Made by a program: the position numbers and the translations under genes
Notes under the pieces: model-generated
What the model was told of the DNA's origin: nothing
Seen by the model: only the letters and a program-made list of their open reading frames with translations
The model's database searches: none
Part shown: positions 9,993 through 19,014 of the stretch, piece after piece
Position numbering within the stretch: position 1 is the first letter of the stretch
Layout: each line of letters opens with the position of its first letter
Assembly: GCA_045863335.1 (NCBI GenBank)
Contig: BTVY01000045.1
Location: 1-60,797, forward strand
Length of the DNA: 60,797 bases
Direction: 5' to 3'
Source: Candidatus Hydrogenedentota bacterium
GTDB taxonomy: Bacteria; Hydrogenedentota; Hydrogenedentia; Hydrogenedentales; SLHB01

Positions 9993-11116
9993 CGGGAGTC
10001 CTTACACGCCGGAGTTTTTTCGCCGGTGCCGGCGCGGCCTTGGCGGGAATGGCATTGTCACAAACGTCTCGTGCTGCAGACAGGGACGTGCCGTGGCTTG
10101 GGGACGTGCAGCGTCCACCGACGGCACCTGCTACAAACGGCGAAGTGCTCGAACCGCTCCTTGTGGCGGATGACGGAACGCCAATCGAAACCCTGGACCA
10201 GTGGATCGCTCAACGAGTGAAGATCCACAAGCGATGGGATGCGTTTCTCGGCACAATGCCGGACCGGCCCCGGGTGCGACGGGAGGTGTTGCGTGAAGAG
10301 ATCCTGCCCGGTGCCCGGCGGCTGCTGATCCGGTACGAGTGCGAGCCTGGGATTCCAGTCGAAGGCTACCTCCTCTATCCCCATCCCGTCGGGACTACGC
10401 CGCGTGCAGGGCTGGTCGCGCTGCATCCCACCACTGCCAATACCATTGACGAGAGCGCCGGGGTGTCGGGACCCGAATCGAAGGCGCTGGGATTGCAGTT
10501 GGCGCGCGAGGGTTTTGTCGTGTTCTGCCCGCGCTGCTTTCTCTGGCAGGACCCGTCCCTCGAGTACGAGGAAGCGGCGCGCCGCTTCCTGGAGCGCCGG
10601 CCGGGCGTCTTGGGCATGCGCAAGATGCTGTACGACGCGCAATGCGCGGTGGACGTGCTGGCGAGCTTACCGGAAGTCGATCCGGAGCGCATCGGCGCGG
10701 TGGGTCATTCGCTTGGCGCAAAGGAGACGCTGTACCTGGCGGCGTTCGACGAACGCATCCAGGCGGCCGTGGCCAGCGAAGGAGGCATCGGGTTGACGTT
10801 CACCAATTGGCACGACCCGTGGTATCTCGGCCCGGCAATTCATAAGCCGGGCTTCTCCTTGAACCACCATCAACTGTTGGCGCTCATCGCACCGCGCCCG
10901 TTCCTCATCCTGGGCGGCGAGTCAGGAGGGCCTGCGGGCTCCACAACCGTTGACGGGGACCGGACTTGGCCGTGTGTGGAGGCGGCGTTGCCGGTGTACC
11001 GGCTATACGGTGAGCCCGCGCGAATCGGTCTCTACAACCACCGCCAGGGACACACCATCCCGCCGGATGCCTACGACCGGACGGTTGAATGGCTTCGTGC
11101 CTACCTCGGCGCATAG
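9989..11116 (+). CDS. Alpha/beta hydrolase (dienelactone hydrolase / Abhydrolase_7-like), Tat-exported
   Basis: TRRSFF Tat motif, GHSLG nucleophile elbow, LIAPRPFL, C-terminal His (GHT); GTGA overlap with the upstream gene. Confidence 0.85.
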   Translation: MTGVLTRRSFFAGAGAALAGMALSQTSRAADRDVPWLGDVQRPPTAPATNGEVLEPLLVADDGTPIETLDQWIAQRVKIHKRWDAFLGTMPDRPRVRREVLREEILPGARRLLIRYECEPGIPVEGYLLYPHPVGTTPRAGLVALHPTTANTIDESAGVSGPESKALGLQLAREGFVVFCPRCFLWQDPSLEYEEAARRFLERRPGVLGMRKMLYDAQCAVDVLASLPEVDPERIGAVGHSLGAKETLYLAAFDERIQAAVASEGGIGLTFTNWHDPWYLGPAIHKPGFSLNHHQLLALIAPRPFLILGGESGGPAGSTTVDGDRTWPCVEAALPVYRLYGEPARIGLYNHRQGHTIPPDAYDRTVEWLRAYLGA

Positions 11117-11247
11117 GGCTGAACCACACACGCGCCACTGTGATAAAATAATGGCGGTCAACGCTGCCGGGTAGCGGGCCATTCAAGGCGAGGCTCCGCG
11201 ATTCCCCACGCCCGGACAGCGACAAGGTGCAAGGCAGGAGACGTACC

Positions 11248-12792
11248 ATGTTTTCCCTGGGCAATGCCCCGTTGGATGCGGAGGCACTTACACGCGAGCT
11301 CACCAATCCGCAAGCGGGCGCTTGTGTGACGTTTGAGGGCTGGGTCCGGAACCACCACGAAGGACGGGCTGTCACCCGGCTGGACTATGAGGCCTACGAC
11401 ACCGTGGCGGTTGCGGAAGGCGAACGCATCCTCGCGGAAGCGCTTGAACGCTTCGAGCTTGTGGACGCGCGCTGCGTGCATCGTGTGGGATCGCTGGACA
11501 TCGGAGACCTCGCGGTCTGGGTCGGCGCGAGTGCCGCGCATCGTGATGACGCGTTCCGGGCGTGCCGTTACATTATCGACGAGATCAAGTCCCGCGTGCC
11601 CATCTGGAAGAAAGAGCATTATGCGGAAGGCGACTCCGGTTGGGTCAACTGCGAGCACGCTGGGGGCGGCAACGGATCGCACCGGCCGCAGCCGCAACCG
11701 TCATTCACGGAGGCGGACTACTACGCGCGGCAGACGCGCCTTCCGGAAGTCGGCGCCGAGGGGCAGGCGAAGCTTCGCGCGAGCAAGGTGCTGATCATTG
11801 GCTCGGGCGGATTGGGATCGCCGGCGCTCAGTTATCTGGCGGCCGCCGGCGTGGGAACCTTGGGCATCTGCGAAGGCGACCGGCTTGAGGCCAGCAATCT
11901 CCATCGCCAGACCTTGTACCACTACGCGGACGTGGGCGAATTCAAGGCGGTGCTCGCGGAGAAACGGTTGCGCGAGCAGAATCCGTTCATCGATATCCGG
12001 CTTCATACGAACGGTCTCACGCCGGAGAACGTTGTCGAGACGCTCGCACCGTACGATCTCGTTCTGGATTGCACGGACAATTTTGCGACGAAATTCCTGT
12101 TGAACGACGCGGCAGTGCTGACGGGCAAACCGATCATCTTCGCAAGCATCTATCAGTACGACGGGCAGTTATTGTTTGTACGCCCCGGCTCCGGCGGACC
12201 CTGCCTGCGTTGCCTCTGGCCGGAAGTGCCCGAGGCGGGATGCGTGGGTTCTTGCGCGGAGGTGGGCGTGCTGGGCGCGGTGCCTGGTATATTCGGCGCG
12301 ATGCAGGCCGTGGAGGCGATGAAGTACATCCTGGGCTTGCCCGATCAACTGGGCAACGAGATGGTCATCTTCAATTGCCTGACGTATTCGTCGCAGCGCG
12401 TGAAGATGCCGCGGCATCCCGCGTGCCCTGTGTGCGGGTCTGCGCCGCGCATCCGGTCGATTGTACGCGACGAGTATCTGCCGCCGGAAGACATCACGGT
12501 GGACGTTTCCGAAATGGATGAAAATCGGCTGCGCGCATACCGTATCTTCGATATTCGTGAAGCCGAAGAAGTCGCCATGCAACCGTTGGAAGGTGTCGAT
12601 CACGAACATCTGGCGATGAGTGTTTGGAACACGGAAAGCCTGCCCATAGGTGTTGACGAGCCTTGTCTGCTCTGTTGCGCACGCGGCATGCGCAGTCTCA
12701 GGTTGGCGGAGCAATTGCGCAAACTCGGATACGCGCGCGTGTATTCGGTGCGTAACGGATGGGAAGCCTTTCACCAGTTGGCGAGGAGATAA
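11248..12792 (+). CDS. moaE-moeB: MoaE - ThiF/MoeB (E1) - rhodanese triple fusion
   Basis: MoaE motifs FEGWVRN, HRVG, HRDDAF, PIWKKE; E1 motifs YARQ, GSGGLG, SNLHRQ, DCTDNF, CLRC/CPVC, GSCAEVGVLG; rhodanese loop CARGMRS; AGGAG RBS. Confidence 0.9.
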   Translation: MFSLGNAPLDAEALTRELTNPQAGACVTFEGWVRNHHEGRAVTRLDYEAYDTVAVAEGERILAEALERFELVDARCVHRVGSLDIGDLAVWVGASAAHRDDAFRACRYIIDEIKSRVPIWKKEHYAEGDSGWVNCEHAGGGNGSHRPQPQPSFTEADYYARQTRLPEVGAEGQAKLRASKVLIIGSGGLGSPALSYLAAAGVGTLGICEGDRLEASNLHRQTLYHYADVGEFKAVLAEKRLREQNPFIDIRLHTNGLTPENVVETLAPYDLVLDCTDNFATKFLLNDAAVLTGKPIIFASIYQYDGQLLFVRPGSGGPCLRCLWPEVPEAGCVGSCAEVGVLGAVPGIFGAMQAVEAMKYILGLPDQLGNEMVIFNCLTYSSQRVKMPRHPACPVCGSAPRIRSIVRDEYLPPEDITVDVSEMDENRLRAYRIFDIREAEEVAMQPLEGVDHEHLAMSVWNTESLPIGVDEPCLLCCARGMRSLRLAEQLRKLGYARVYSVRNGWEAFHQLARR

Positions 12793-12793
12793 C

Positions 12794-13870
12794 ATGGCGA
12801 AGGTACTGTTGATGGTGGGAACGCAGAAGGGCGCGTTCCTGCTGACCTCCGACGAGCGCCGCGAATCCTGGAGCGTCGAAGGACCCTTGCTGAAGGGGTG
12901 GTCGGTGTTCGATCTGATGCTCGACCGGCGTCAGGCGCCGCTGATGTACGCGGCTGTGGGGCACTTCATCTATGGTCCCGCCGTCCATATCTCCGACGAT
13001 TTCGGGCAGACCTGGAAACAGGTGGAGCACGTGCCCAGGTACGAATCCGGCCACAAGCTGAACAACGTGTGGTGTGTCGTGCCCGGTCGAGAAAGCGAGC
13101 CGGGGGTCTTGTACGCGGGGGTCGACGAAGCGGGGCTCTTCGTGAGCCAGGACAGCGGCTGGCACTGGGAAGAGGTGAGCGGGCTCTCCGGTCACCCGTC
13201 GCGGGAAGAGTGGTGCCCGGGCGCGGGTGGCCTTTGCTGCCACTCGATTCTGCTCGATCCTTCGAACGATCGGCGCATGTGGGTCGGCATTTCCGCGGTG
13301 GGTGTGTTCCGCAGCGAAGATGCGGGAGATTCGTGGAGCCCGAGCAACGATGGACTCGACATCATCATCGAAGGCAAGACGCACAAGGACGTCGGCACTT
13401 GCGTGCATCGGATGATCCTGGACCCGCGCAACTCGGAGCGGCTGTTCCAGCAGAACCATCGGGGCGTGTTTCGCAGCACCAACGGCGGACAACGGTGGGA
13501 ACGAATCGAAAACGGGATTCCGAACAATTTTGGTTTTCCCATGGTCATGCTGCCGAACGATTCCAACACGCTGTTCGTTGTACCGCAGGAGAGCGATGAG
13601 TTTCGCTTCGCCGCGGATGGACGGCTCACGGTCTATCGCACGACGGACAGCGGCGATTCGTGGTCCCCGTTACGGACCGGACTACCAGAGAATGCCTACG
13701 TGGGTGTGTTACGGCAGGCCATGGCGGCGGATTCGTTCGAGAGCCCCGGCGTGTACTTCGGGACGACCGGCGGGCAGGTGTACTTCTCGCGCGACGGCGG
13801 AGAGGACTGGCAGGCGATACCGTGCGCGCTGCCGCGCATCAGCAGCATCAATGTGGCCGTGATCGACTGA
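12794..13870 (+). CDS. BNR/Asp-box beta-propeller protein (sialidase-like fold, cytoplasmic)
   Basis: Six Asp-box repeats (SDDFGQTW, SQDSGWHW, SEDAGDSW, STNGGQRW, TTDSGDSW, SRDGGEDW); no signal peptide; GAGGAG RBS. Confidence 0.85.
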   Translation: MAKVLLMVGTQKGAFLLTSDERRESWSVEGPLLKGWSVFDLMLDRRQAPLMYAAVGHFIYGPAVHISDDFGQTWKQVEHVPRYESGHKLNNVWCVVPGRESEPGVLYAGVDEAGLFVSQDSGWHWEEVSGLSGHPSREEWCPGAGGLCCHSILLDPSNDRRMWVGISAVGVFRSEDAGDSWSPSNDGLDIIIEGKTHKDVGTCVHRMILDPRNSERLFQQNHRGVFRSTNGGQRWERIENGIPNNFGFPMVMLPNDSNTLFVVPQESDEFRFAADGRLTVYRTTDSGDSWSPLRTGLPENAYVGVLRQAMAADSFESPGVYFGTTGGQVYFSRDGGEDWQAIPCALPRISSINVAVID

Positions 13871-13882
13871 GGAGGATTCGCT

Positions 13883-14167
13883 ATGGAGACCGTGACGACG
13901 CAAGTATCCATCCCCATGTTGCTCGGCAATTCCACCGGCGGCGCCAACGAGGTGACGGTCCGGGGCGCGACCTTGCAGGAATGCCTGGACGACTTGGTGC
14001 GGACCTACCCGATGCTGGGCTCCCACCTCTTCGAGTGCGACGGCGGGCTGCGGCGGCACGTGCTAATCCTCTACAACGATCAGAATACGCGCTGGTTTGA
14101 TACCTTGGATTTCCCCATCCACACGGGGGATCGCATCACGATTCTGCAGGCCGTGTCCGGCGGCTGA
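13883..14167 (+). CDS. MoaD/ThiS-family ubiquitin-like protein (CysO/SAMP1-like)
   Basis: 94 aa beta-grasp pattern, LRRHVLILYND segment, ends GDRITILQAVSGG-stop (free di-Gly); GAGGAGG RBS. Confidence 0.92.
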   Translation: METVTTQVSIPMLLGNSTGGANEVTVRGATLQECLDDLVRTYPMLGSHLFECDGGLRRHVLILYNDQNTRWFDTLDFPIHTGDRITILQAVSGG

Positions 14168-14176
14168 TTATGCGCT

Positions 14177-14248
14177 AACCCGGATTCCTCACCGCTTCTG
14201 ATGCTTTGTTACGAAGGTGGCGTTGCCGGGCGGTGAGAAATGCGGGCT
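14177..14248. mobile_element. 72-bp MITE-like element bounded by imperfect 19-bp inverted repeats
   Basis: aacccggattcctcaccgc (14177-14195) versus gcggtgagaaatgcgggct (14230-14248), 16/19 complementary. Confidence 0.45.
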
Positions 14249-14355
14249 GAACGTTGACAGTGTGCTGCTGCGCCGGTATCCTGAAACCACTGCAAGGACC
14301 GGGTCCGCGACAAACGCGGTTCCAAAACGATTATGGCCGGGCGATACGAGTTTCT

Positions 14356-17300
14356 ATGGGCAATCACGCAGGATCTGCGCCGCGAGCGCTTCTTCTCTGT
14401 TTGTTGGTTGTAACGGGGCTATGCGCCCATGCGGCAGCCGACGGAAATCTCGAGTTCTTCGAGCGCGAGGTGCGTCCGGTCCTTGCGGAAAACTGCTTTG
14501 CCTGCCACGGTCCCGAGAAGCAACGCGCGGGCTTGCGCCTGGACCACATCGATTTCATCCGCACCGGGGGCGACAACGGTCCGGCCATGGAACCGGGCAA
14601 TCCGGATTCGAGCCGTCTCGTCGAAGCCGTCGAGTATGGCAACGTCGATCTCCAAATGCCGCCCAAGGGGAAGTTGGCGGACGAGCAAATCGCGGCGCTG
14701 AAGCAGTGGGTGGCCATGGGCGCGCCATGGCCGGACGAACCGGTTCCAACCGGCGAGACGACGGAAGAGACCTTCGACCTCGAAGCGCGGCGTCAAAGCC
14801 ATTGGGCCTGGCAGCCGATTCAAGCGCCGCCGCCACCGCCGGTAAACAATGCTGAATGGGCCACGACGGACATCGACCGCTTCATCCTCGCCAAGCTTGA
14901 AGCGAATGAGCTTACGCCTGCGCCCCAGGCGGACCGGCGCACGTTGATTCGCCGCTTGTACTTCGACCTGATTGGGATGCCGCCAACGGCCAAAGCGGTG
15001 GAGGCCTTCGTGGCGGACGAATCGCCGGACGCGTATGAACGGCTCGTGGACGAGCTACTGGCGTCACCGCACTTCGGCGAAAGGTGGGCGCGGCGCTGGA
15101 TGGATTTGACGCGCTACGCGGAGACGTACGGTCACGAGCAGGATTACCCCATCGAGCACGCGTGGCGGTACCGGGACTATCTGATTCGAGCGTTCAACGA
15201 TGACGTGCCGTACGACCAGATCATCCGCGAACACCTGGCGGGGGACCTATTACCCTCGCCGCGCGTCAATCCTACCGACGGCACGAACGAATCCATCCTG
15301 GCGACCGGGTTCTGGTACATGCACCAGGCTACCCATGCGCCGGTGGACGTTCGCAAGGACGAAGCCGATCGCATCGACAACCAGATCGACGTCGTGTCGA
15401 AAACGTTCCTTGGCATGACGATCTCCTGCGCGCGTTGCCACGATCACAAGTTTGACGCGATTTCCGCGAAGGACTACTTCGGCTTGTCCGGATTTCTGCG
15501 GAGTTCGCGACAACAGTTCGCCTTTCTCGATCCCAATGGGAAGATTGAGGACGCCGCGCGCCAGGCCGATGCGGTGCGCGCGGAGGGCGAGGAACTGCTG
15601 GCCAAGGCCGCGTTGGCGTTGGCAAAATCCGAGGGTGACAACGCCCCCCCCGAATCTCGGTTCGCTGACGGGGCGGGCGTGATACGTCCCGCCGTGCTGC
15701 TCGCGGCGGACGGCCGGTCTCAAACGGGCGCGACGGCCAACGAATCGGGCGGGGATGCAACTGCTGCTGCACCTAAACCCAATGAACCTGAAATCGACGG
15801 GACATGCTACGAGGCCTTTGACACGGGTACGTTCAATGGGTGGACGGCGACGGGGCACGCGTTCGGCGGCACGCCTACCGGTCCGGGGTCTTGGGACCCA
15901 TGTTCCGGTCCGGTCAAGGCAGGCCTTGCGCACAGCGGTTTGCGTGGCCGCGCGTTTCAAGGGGTCTTGCGATCCCCGGCGTTTACGATCGAGCACGACC
16001 AGATTCACATTCGCTGCGCGGGTGAAAAGACCAAGGTCAAGCTCATCGTCGAAGGGTATCAGCTTCGCGACTACAATGCGCTGTTGTTCGACGGCACGGT
16101 CATTGACGCCGATTCGGGCGACGACTTCGTTTGGAAGTCCATGACGAAGGGGCTGGCCAAATTCAAGGGGTGCAGGGCGTACCTGGAAGTCCGCGACGAG
16201 AGTGACGGCTGGATTGCGGTTGATGAAATCTGGTTTTCCGACCATGATCTGCCACCGCAAGGCGCGCAAGAATCCCCAGCGGCCGCGACCGACGATGCTG
16301 CCGTAAAGGACGCCTTGCTCCGCTGGCAAGATGGAAGCGCAACGTTCGGCGATGCGGCACTGCTGCGGGCGCGACTCCGGGAGAGCGGTCTCCCGGCGGA
16401 TGCGGCGCTGGCTCAACGGCTCGCGGAGCTATCCGAGGAATGCACAACGATCGCGGCACAGACTCCTGCGCCGGTACGCGCGCTGGCGATTATGGAGAGC
16501 ACGCCCATCGACGAGCCCGTGCACATCCGGGGCAATCCCAAGATGCCGGGCGATGTTGTGCCGCGCAGGATCCCTGTGGCCATCGGCGGCGCGGATCAAC
16601 CGCCTATTTCGTCGGGCAGCGGACGCCTCGATCTCGCCGAGCGTTTATTGGACGACTTGAATCCGTTACCCGCGCGGGTCGCGGCGAACCGCATCTGGCA
16701 ACACCTGTTCGGCCGTGGCATCGTGCCGACGCCGGACAACTTCGGCGTGTTGGGTCAGCCTCCCTCCCACCCTGAGTTACTCGATTATCTCGCGAACGAA
16801 TTCCGCGACGATGGCTGGTCGGTGAAGCGCATGGTCCGGCGGCTCGTGATGACGAACACCTATCGCATGACAAGCGATCGCGTGAATCCGGAGTTCGAGG
16901 AGAAGGACCCCGCGAATGTGTGGTTGCATCGCATGCGCATGCGCCGGCTCGAAGGCGAGGCGATCCGCGACGCGATGCTGACCGTGGCAGGCACGCTCAA
17001 CCCGCAGATGTACGGCGAGTCCGTGCCCACGCACTTGACCGAGTTCATGGGCGGGCACCGGCGGCCGAAGCAACAGGGTCCGCTGGATGGTGATTGCCGC
17101 CGCAGCATCTATCTGGAGGTGCGCCGGAATTACCTCTCGCCCATGATGCTGGCCTTCGATACGCCGTTGCCGGATTCCACATTCGGACAACGCAATACGT
17201 CGAATGTGCCCGCGCAGGCGCTGATCCTGATGAACGACGCCTTTGTTGTGCAGCAGGCGAGGGCCTGGGGCGAACGTATCGCGGCGCAGGATGGCTCGAT

Positions 17301-17502
17301 TTACGAGCGCATCGATTCGTTGTACCTGGACGCGTTTGCGCGGCCGGCAACGGATGTGGAGCGCGTGCGCTTGCGTCAGTTCATTAACGAGCAACGCGCG
17401 ATATACGGCTTGTCGCGAGAGGATGCCTTGGAGAGCCCGGCGCTGTGGTCGGACGTGTGCCACGTGCTGTTCACGCTGAAAGAGTTTGTCTTCGTCGGGT
17501 AA
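14356..17502 (+). CDS. Planctomycete cytochrome c + DUF1549/DUF1553 (PSD1) protein
   Basis: FFEREVRPVLAENCFACHG, HWAWQP, LIRRLYFDLIGMPP, GERWARRWMD, CARCHDHKFD, NRIWQHLFGRG, PSHPELLDYLA, QALILMN. Start uncertain. Confidence 0.92.
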   Translation: MGNHAGSAPRALLLCLLVVTGLCAHAAADGNLEFFEREVRPVLAENCFACHGPEKQRAGLRLDHIDFIRTGGDNGPAMEPGNPDSSRLVEAVEYGNVDLQMPPKGKLADEQIAALKQWVAMGAPWPDEPVPTGETTEETFDLEARRQSHWAWQPIQAPPPPPVNNAEWATTDIDRFILAKLEANELTPAPQADRRTLIRRLYFDLIGMPPTAKAVEAFVADESPDAYERLVDELLASPHFGERWARRWMDLTRYAETYGHEQDYPIEHAWRYRDYLIRAFNDDVPYDQIIREHLAGDLLPSPRVNPTDGTNESILATGFWYMHQATHAPVDVRKDEADRIDNQIDVVSKTFLGMTISCARCHDHKFDAISAKDYFGLSGFLRSSRQQFAFLDPNGKIEDAARQADAVRAEGEELLAKAALALAKSEGDNAPPESRFADGAGVIRPAVLLAADGRSQTGATANESGGDATAAAPKPNEPEIDGTCYEAFDTGTFNGWTATGHAFGGTPTGPGSWDPCSGPVKAGLAHSGLRGRAFQGVLRSPAFTIEHDQIHIRCAGEKTKVKLIVEGYQLRDYNALLFDGTVIDADSGDDFVWKSMTKGLAKFKGCRAYLEVRDESDGWIAVDEIWFSDHDLPPQGAQESPAAATDDAAVKDALLRWQDGSATFGDAALLRARLRESGLPADAALAQRLAELSEECTTIAAQTPAPVRALAIMESTPIDEPVHIRGNPKMPGDVVPRRIPVAIGGADQPPISSGSGRLDLAERLLDDLNPLPARVAANRIWQHLFGRGIVPTPDNFGVLGQPPSHPELLDYLANEFRDDGWSVKRMVRRLVMTNTYRMTSDRVNPEFEEKDPANVWLHRMRMRRLEGEAIRDAMLTVAGTLNPQMYGESVPTHLTEFMGGHRRPKQQGPLDGDCRRSIYLEVRRNYLSPMMLAFDTPLPDSTFGQRNTSNVPAQALILMNDAFVVQQARAWGERIAAQDGSIYERIDSLYLDAFARPATDVERVRLRQFINEQRAIYGLSREDALESPALWSDVCHVLFTLKEFVFVG

Positions 17503-17517
17503 GGAAACGGTTTCGGT

Positions 17518-18948
17518 ATGGCCCATTGCAACAATTATCGGCAGTGTTCGCTGACGCGGCGCGAGATGCTGCGGCAGTGCGCGAACGGATTCGGCGCGGT
17601 CGCCTTGAGCGCACTGCTGGCCGACAAGGCCTTTGGCGCCTCGACAGCAGCCGATGGGCAGAACCTCCTGGCGCCGCATTTCTCGCCTAAGGCGAAGAAT
17701 GTCATCTTTCTATATATGGACGGTGGCGTCGCGCAGATGGACAGCTTCGATCCCAAGCCGCGCCTGACAAAGGAAGACGGCAAACCCTTCGGCATGGAAA
17801 TGGAGCCGACGCAATTCGACAACAACGGCGCGACGCTGGGCAGCCCCTGGGAATTCCACCAGTATGGCGAGAGCGGGTTGCCTGCGAGCGATCTCTACCC
17901 GCACGTGGGCCGTTGCATCGACGACTTGTGTATCGTTCGCTCCATGGTGTCGCAATTCAACGAACACAACCAGGCGAATTATTTTCTGCACACCGGACTT
18001 GGTCTCTCCGGCCGGCCGAGCATCGGCGCGTGGGTGACGTACGGGCTTGGCAGCGAGAACCAGAACCTGCCTGGGTTCGTCGTGCTGGATAGCGGGCTTA
18101 TTCCGTCCGGCGGCGCGGACAACTTCGGGTCGGGGTTCCTGCCGCAGTCGTATCAGGCGTCATTCTTCCGCGCGGATCAGCCGACGCTCGCGAACGTGAA
18201 CCCCTATGAACCGGCGCCCGGTGCGCAACGAAACAAGCTGGCGCTGATGAACGACCTCGATACGATGGCGCTGGCTCATGCAGGCGCGCGCGACGCGATG
18301 GAGTCGGCCATCGCAAACTATGAGCTGGCGTTCCGCATGCAAACAGCCGTACCCGAGTTGACCGGTCTCGAAGGGGAAACGGACGCCACGAAGAAGCTCT
18401 ATGGCATGGATGCGGACTACGAGCCTACACGGATCTACGGGCGGCAGTGTCTCGTGGCGCGACGCTTGATCGAACGGGGCGTGCGGTTTATCGAGATTAC
18501 GTGTCCGCGCATTGATGGCGTGGACCGCTGGGACGCGCACGGGGATTTGCGCAAGAATCACTCGCTCAACGCCAAGGCGACGGACCAGCCCATCGCGGGT
18601 TTGCTCATGGACCTGAAGGCTCGGGGCCTTCTGGATGAGACGCTGGTTCTGTGGGCGGGCGAATTCGGCCGTACGCCCTTCGCACAGGGCCGGGACGGAC
18701 GCGATCACAATCCACACGGGTTCACGATCTGGATGGCGGGCGGCGGCGTGAAGCGCGGGTTTGCGTACGGCGCGACGGACGAGTACGGCTACAAGGCCGT
18801 CGAGAACCGGGTCGAGATCCACGATCTGCACGCGACGATGCTGCACCTGCTGGGATTCGACCACACGCAACTCACGTTTCGTTACAGTGGCCGCGACATG
18901 CGGCTCACGGATGTACACGGAAACGTGATTCACGATTTGCTTGCATAA
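17518..18948 (+). CDS. DUF1501 (sulfatase-like) protein, Tat-exported
   Basis: TRREML, KAKNVIFLYMDGG, FDPKP, WDAH, GEFGRTP, GRDHNP, DLHATMLHLLG; usual partner of DUF1553. Confidence 0.92.
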   Translation: MAHCNNYRQCSLTRREMLRQCANGFGAVALSALLADKAFGASTAADGQNLLAPHFSPKAKNVIFLYMDGGVAQMDSFDPKPRLTKEDGKPFGMEMEPTQFDNNGATLGSPWEFHQYGESGLPASDLYPHVGRCIDDLCIVRSMVSQFNEHNQANYFLHTGLGLSGRPSIGAWVTYGLGSENQNLPGFVVLDSGLIPSGGADNFGSGFLPQSYQASFFRADQPTLANVNPYEPAPGAQRNKLALMNDLDTMALAHAGARDAMESAIANYELAFRMQTAVPELTGLEGETDATKKLYGMDADYEPTRIYGRQCLVARRLIERGVRFIEITCPRIDGVDRWDAHGDLRKNHSLNAKATDQPIAGLLMDLKARGLLDETLVLWAGEFGRTPFAQGRDGRDHNPHGFTIWMAGGGVKRGFAYGATDEYGYKAVENRVEIHDLHATMLHLLGFDHTQLTFRYSGRDMRLTDVHGNVIHDLLA

Positions 18949-19014
18949 TCTATCGCGGGCGTCTGGCTGCGTTCGCGTTTCTTTTCACAATGGACATGCA
19001 GAGGGGAGAGCATT

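Noticed and set aside
12794-13870. Calling the propeller a true sialidase
   Set aside because: No signal peptide and no RIP or arginine-triad motif seen; Asp-boxes alone only indicate the fold
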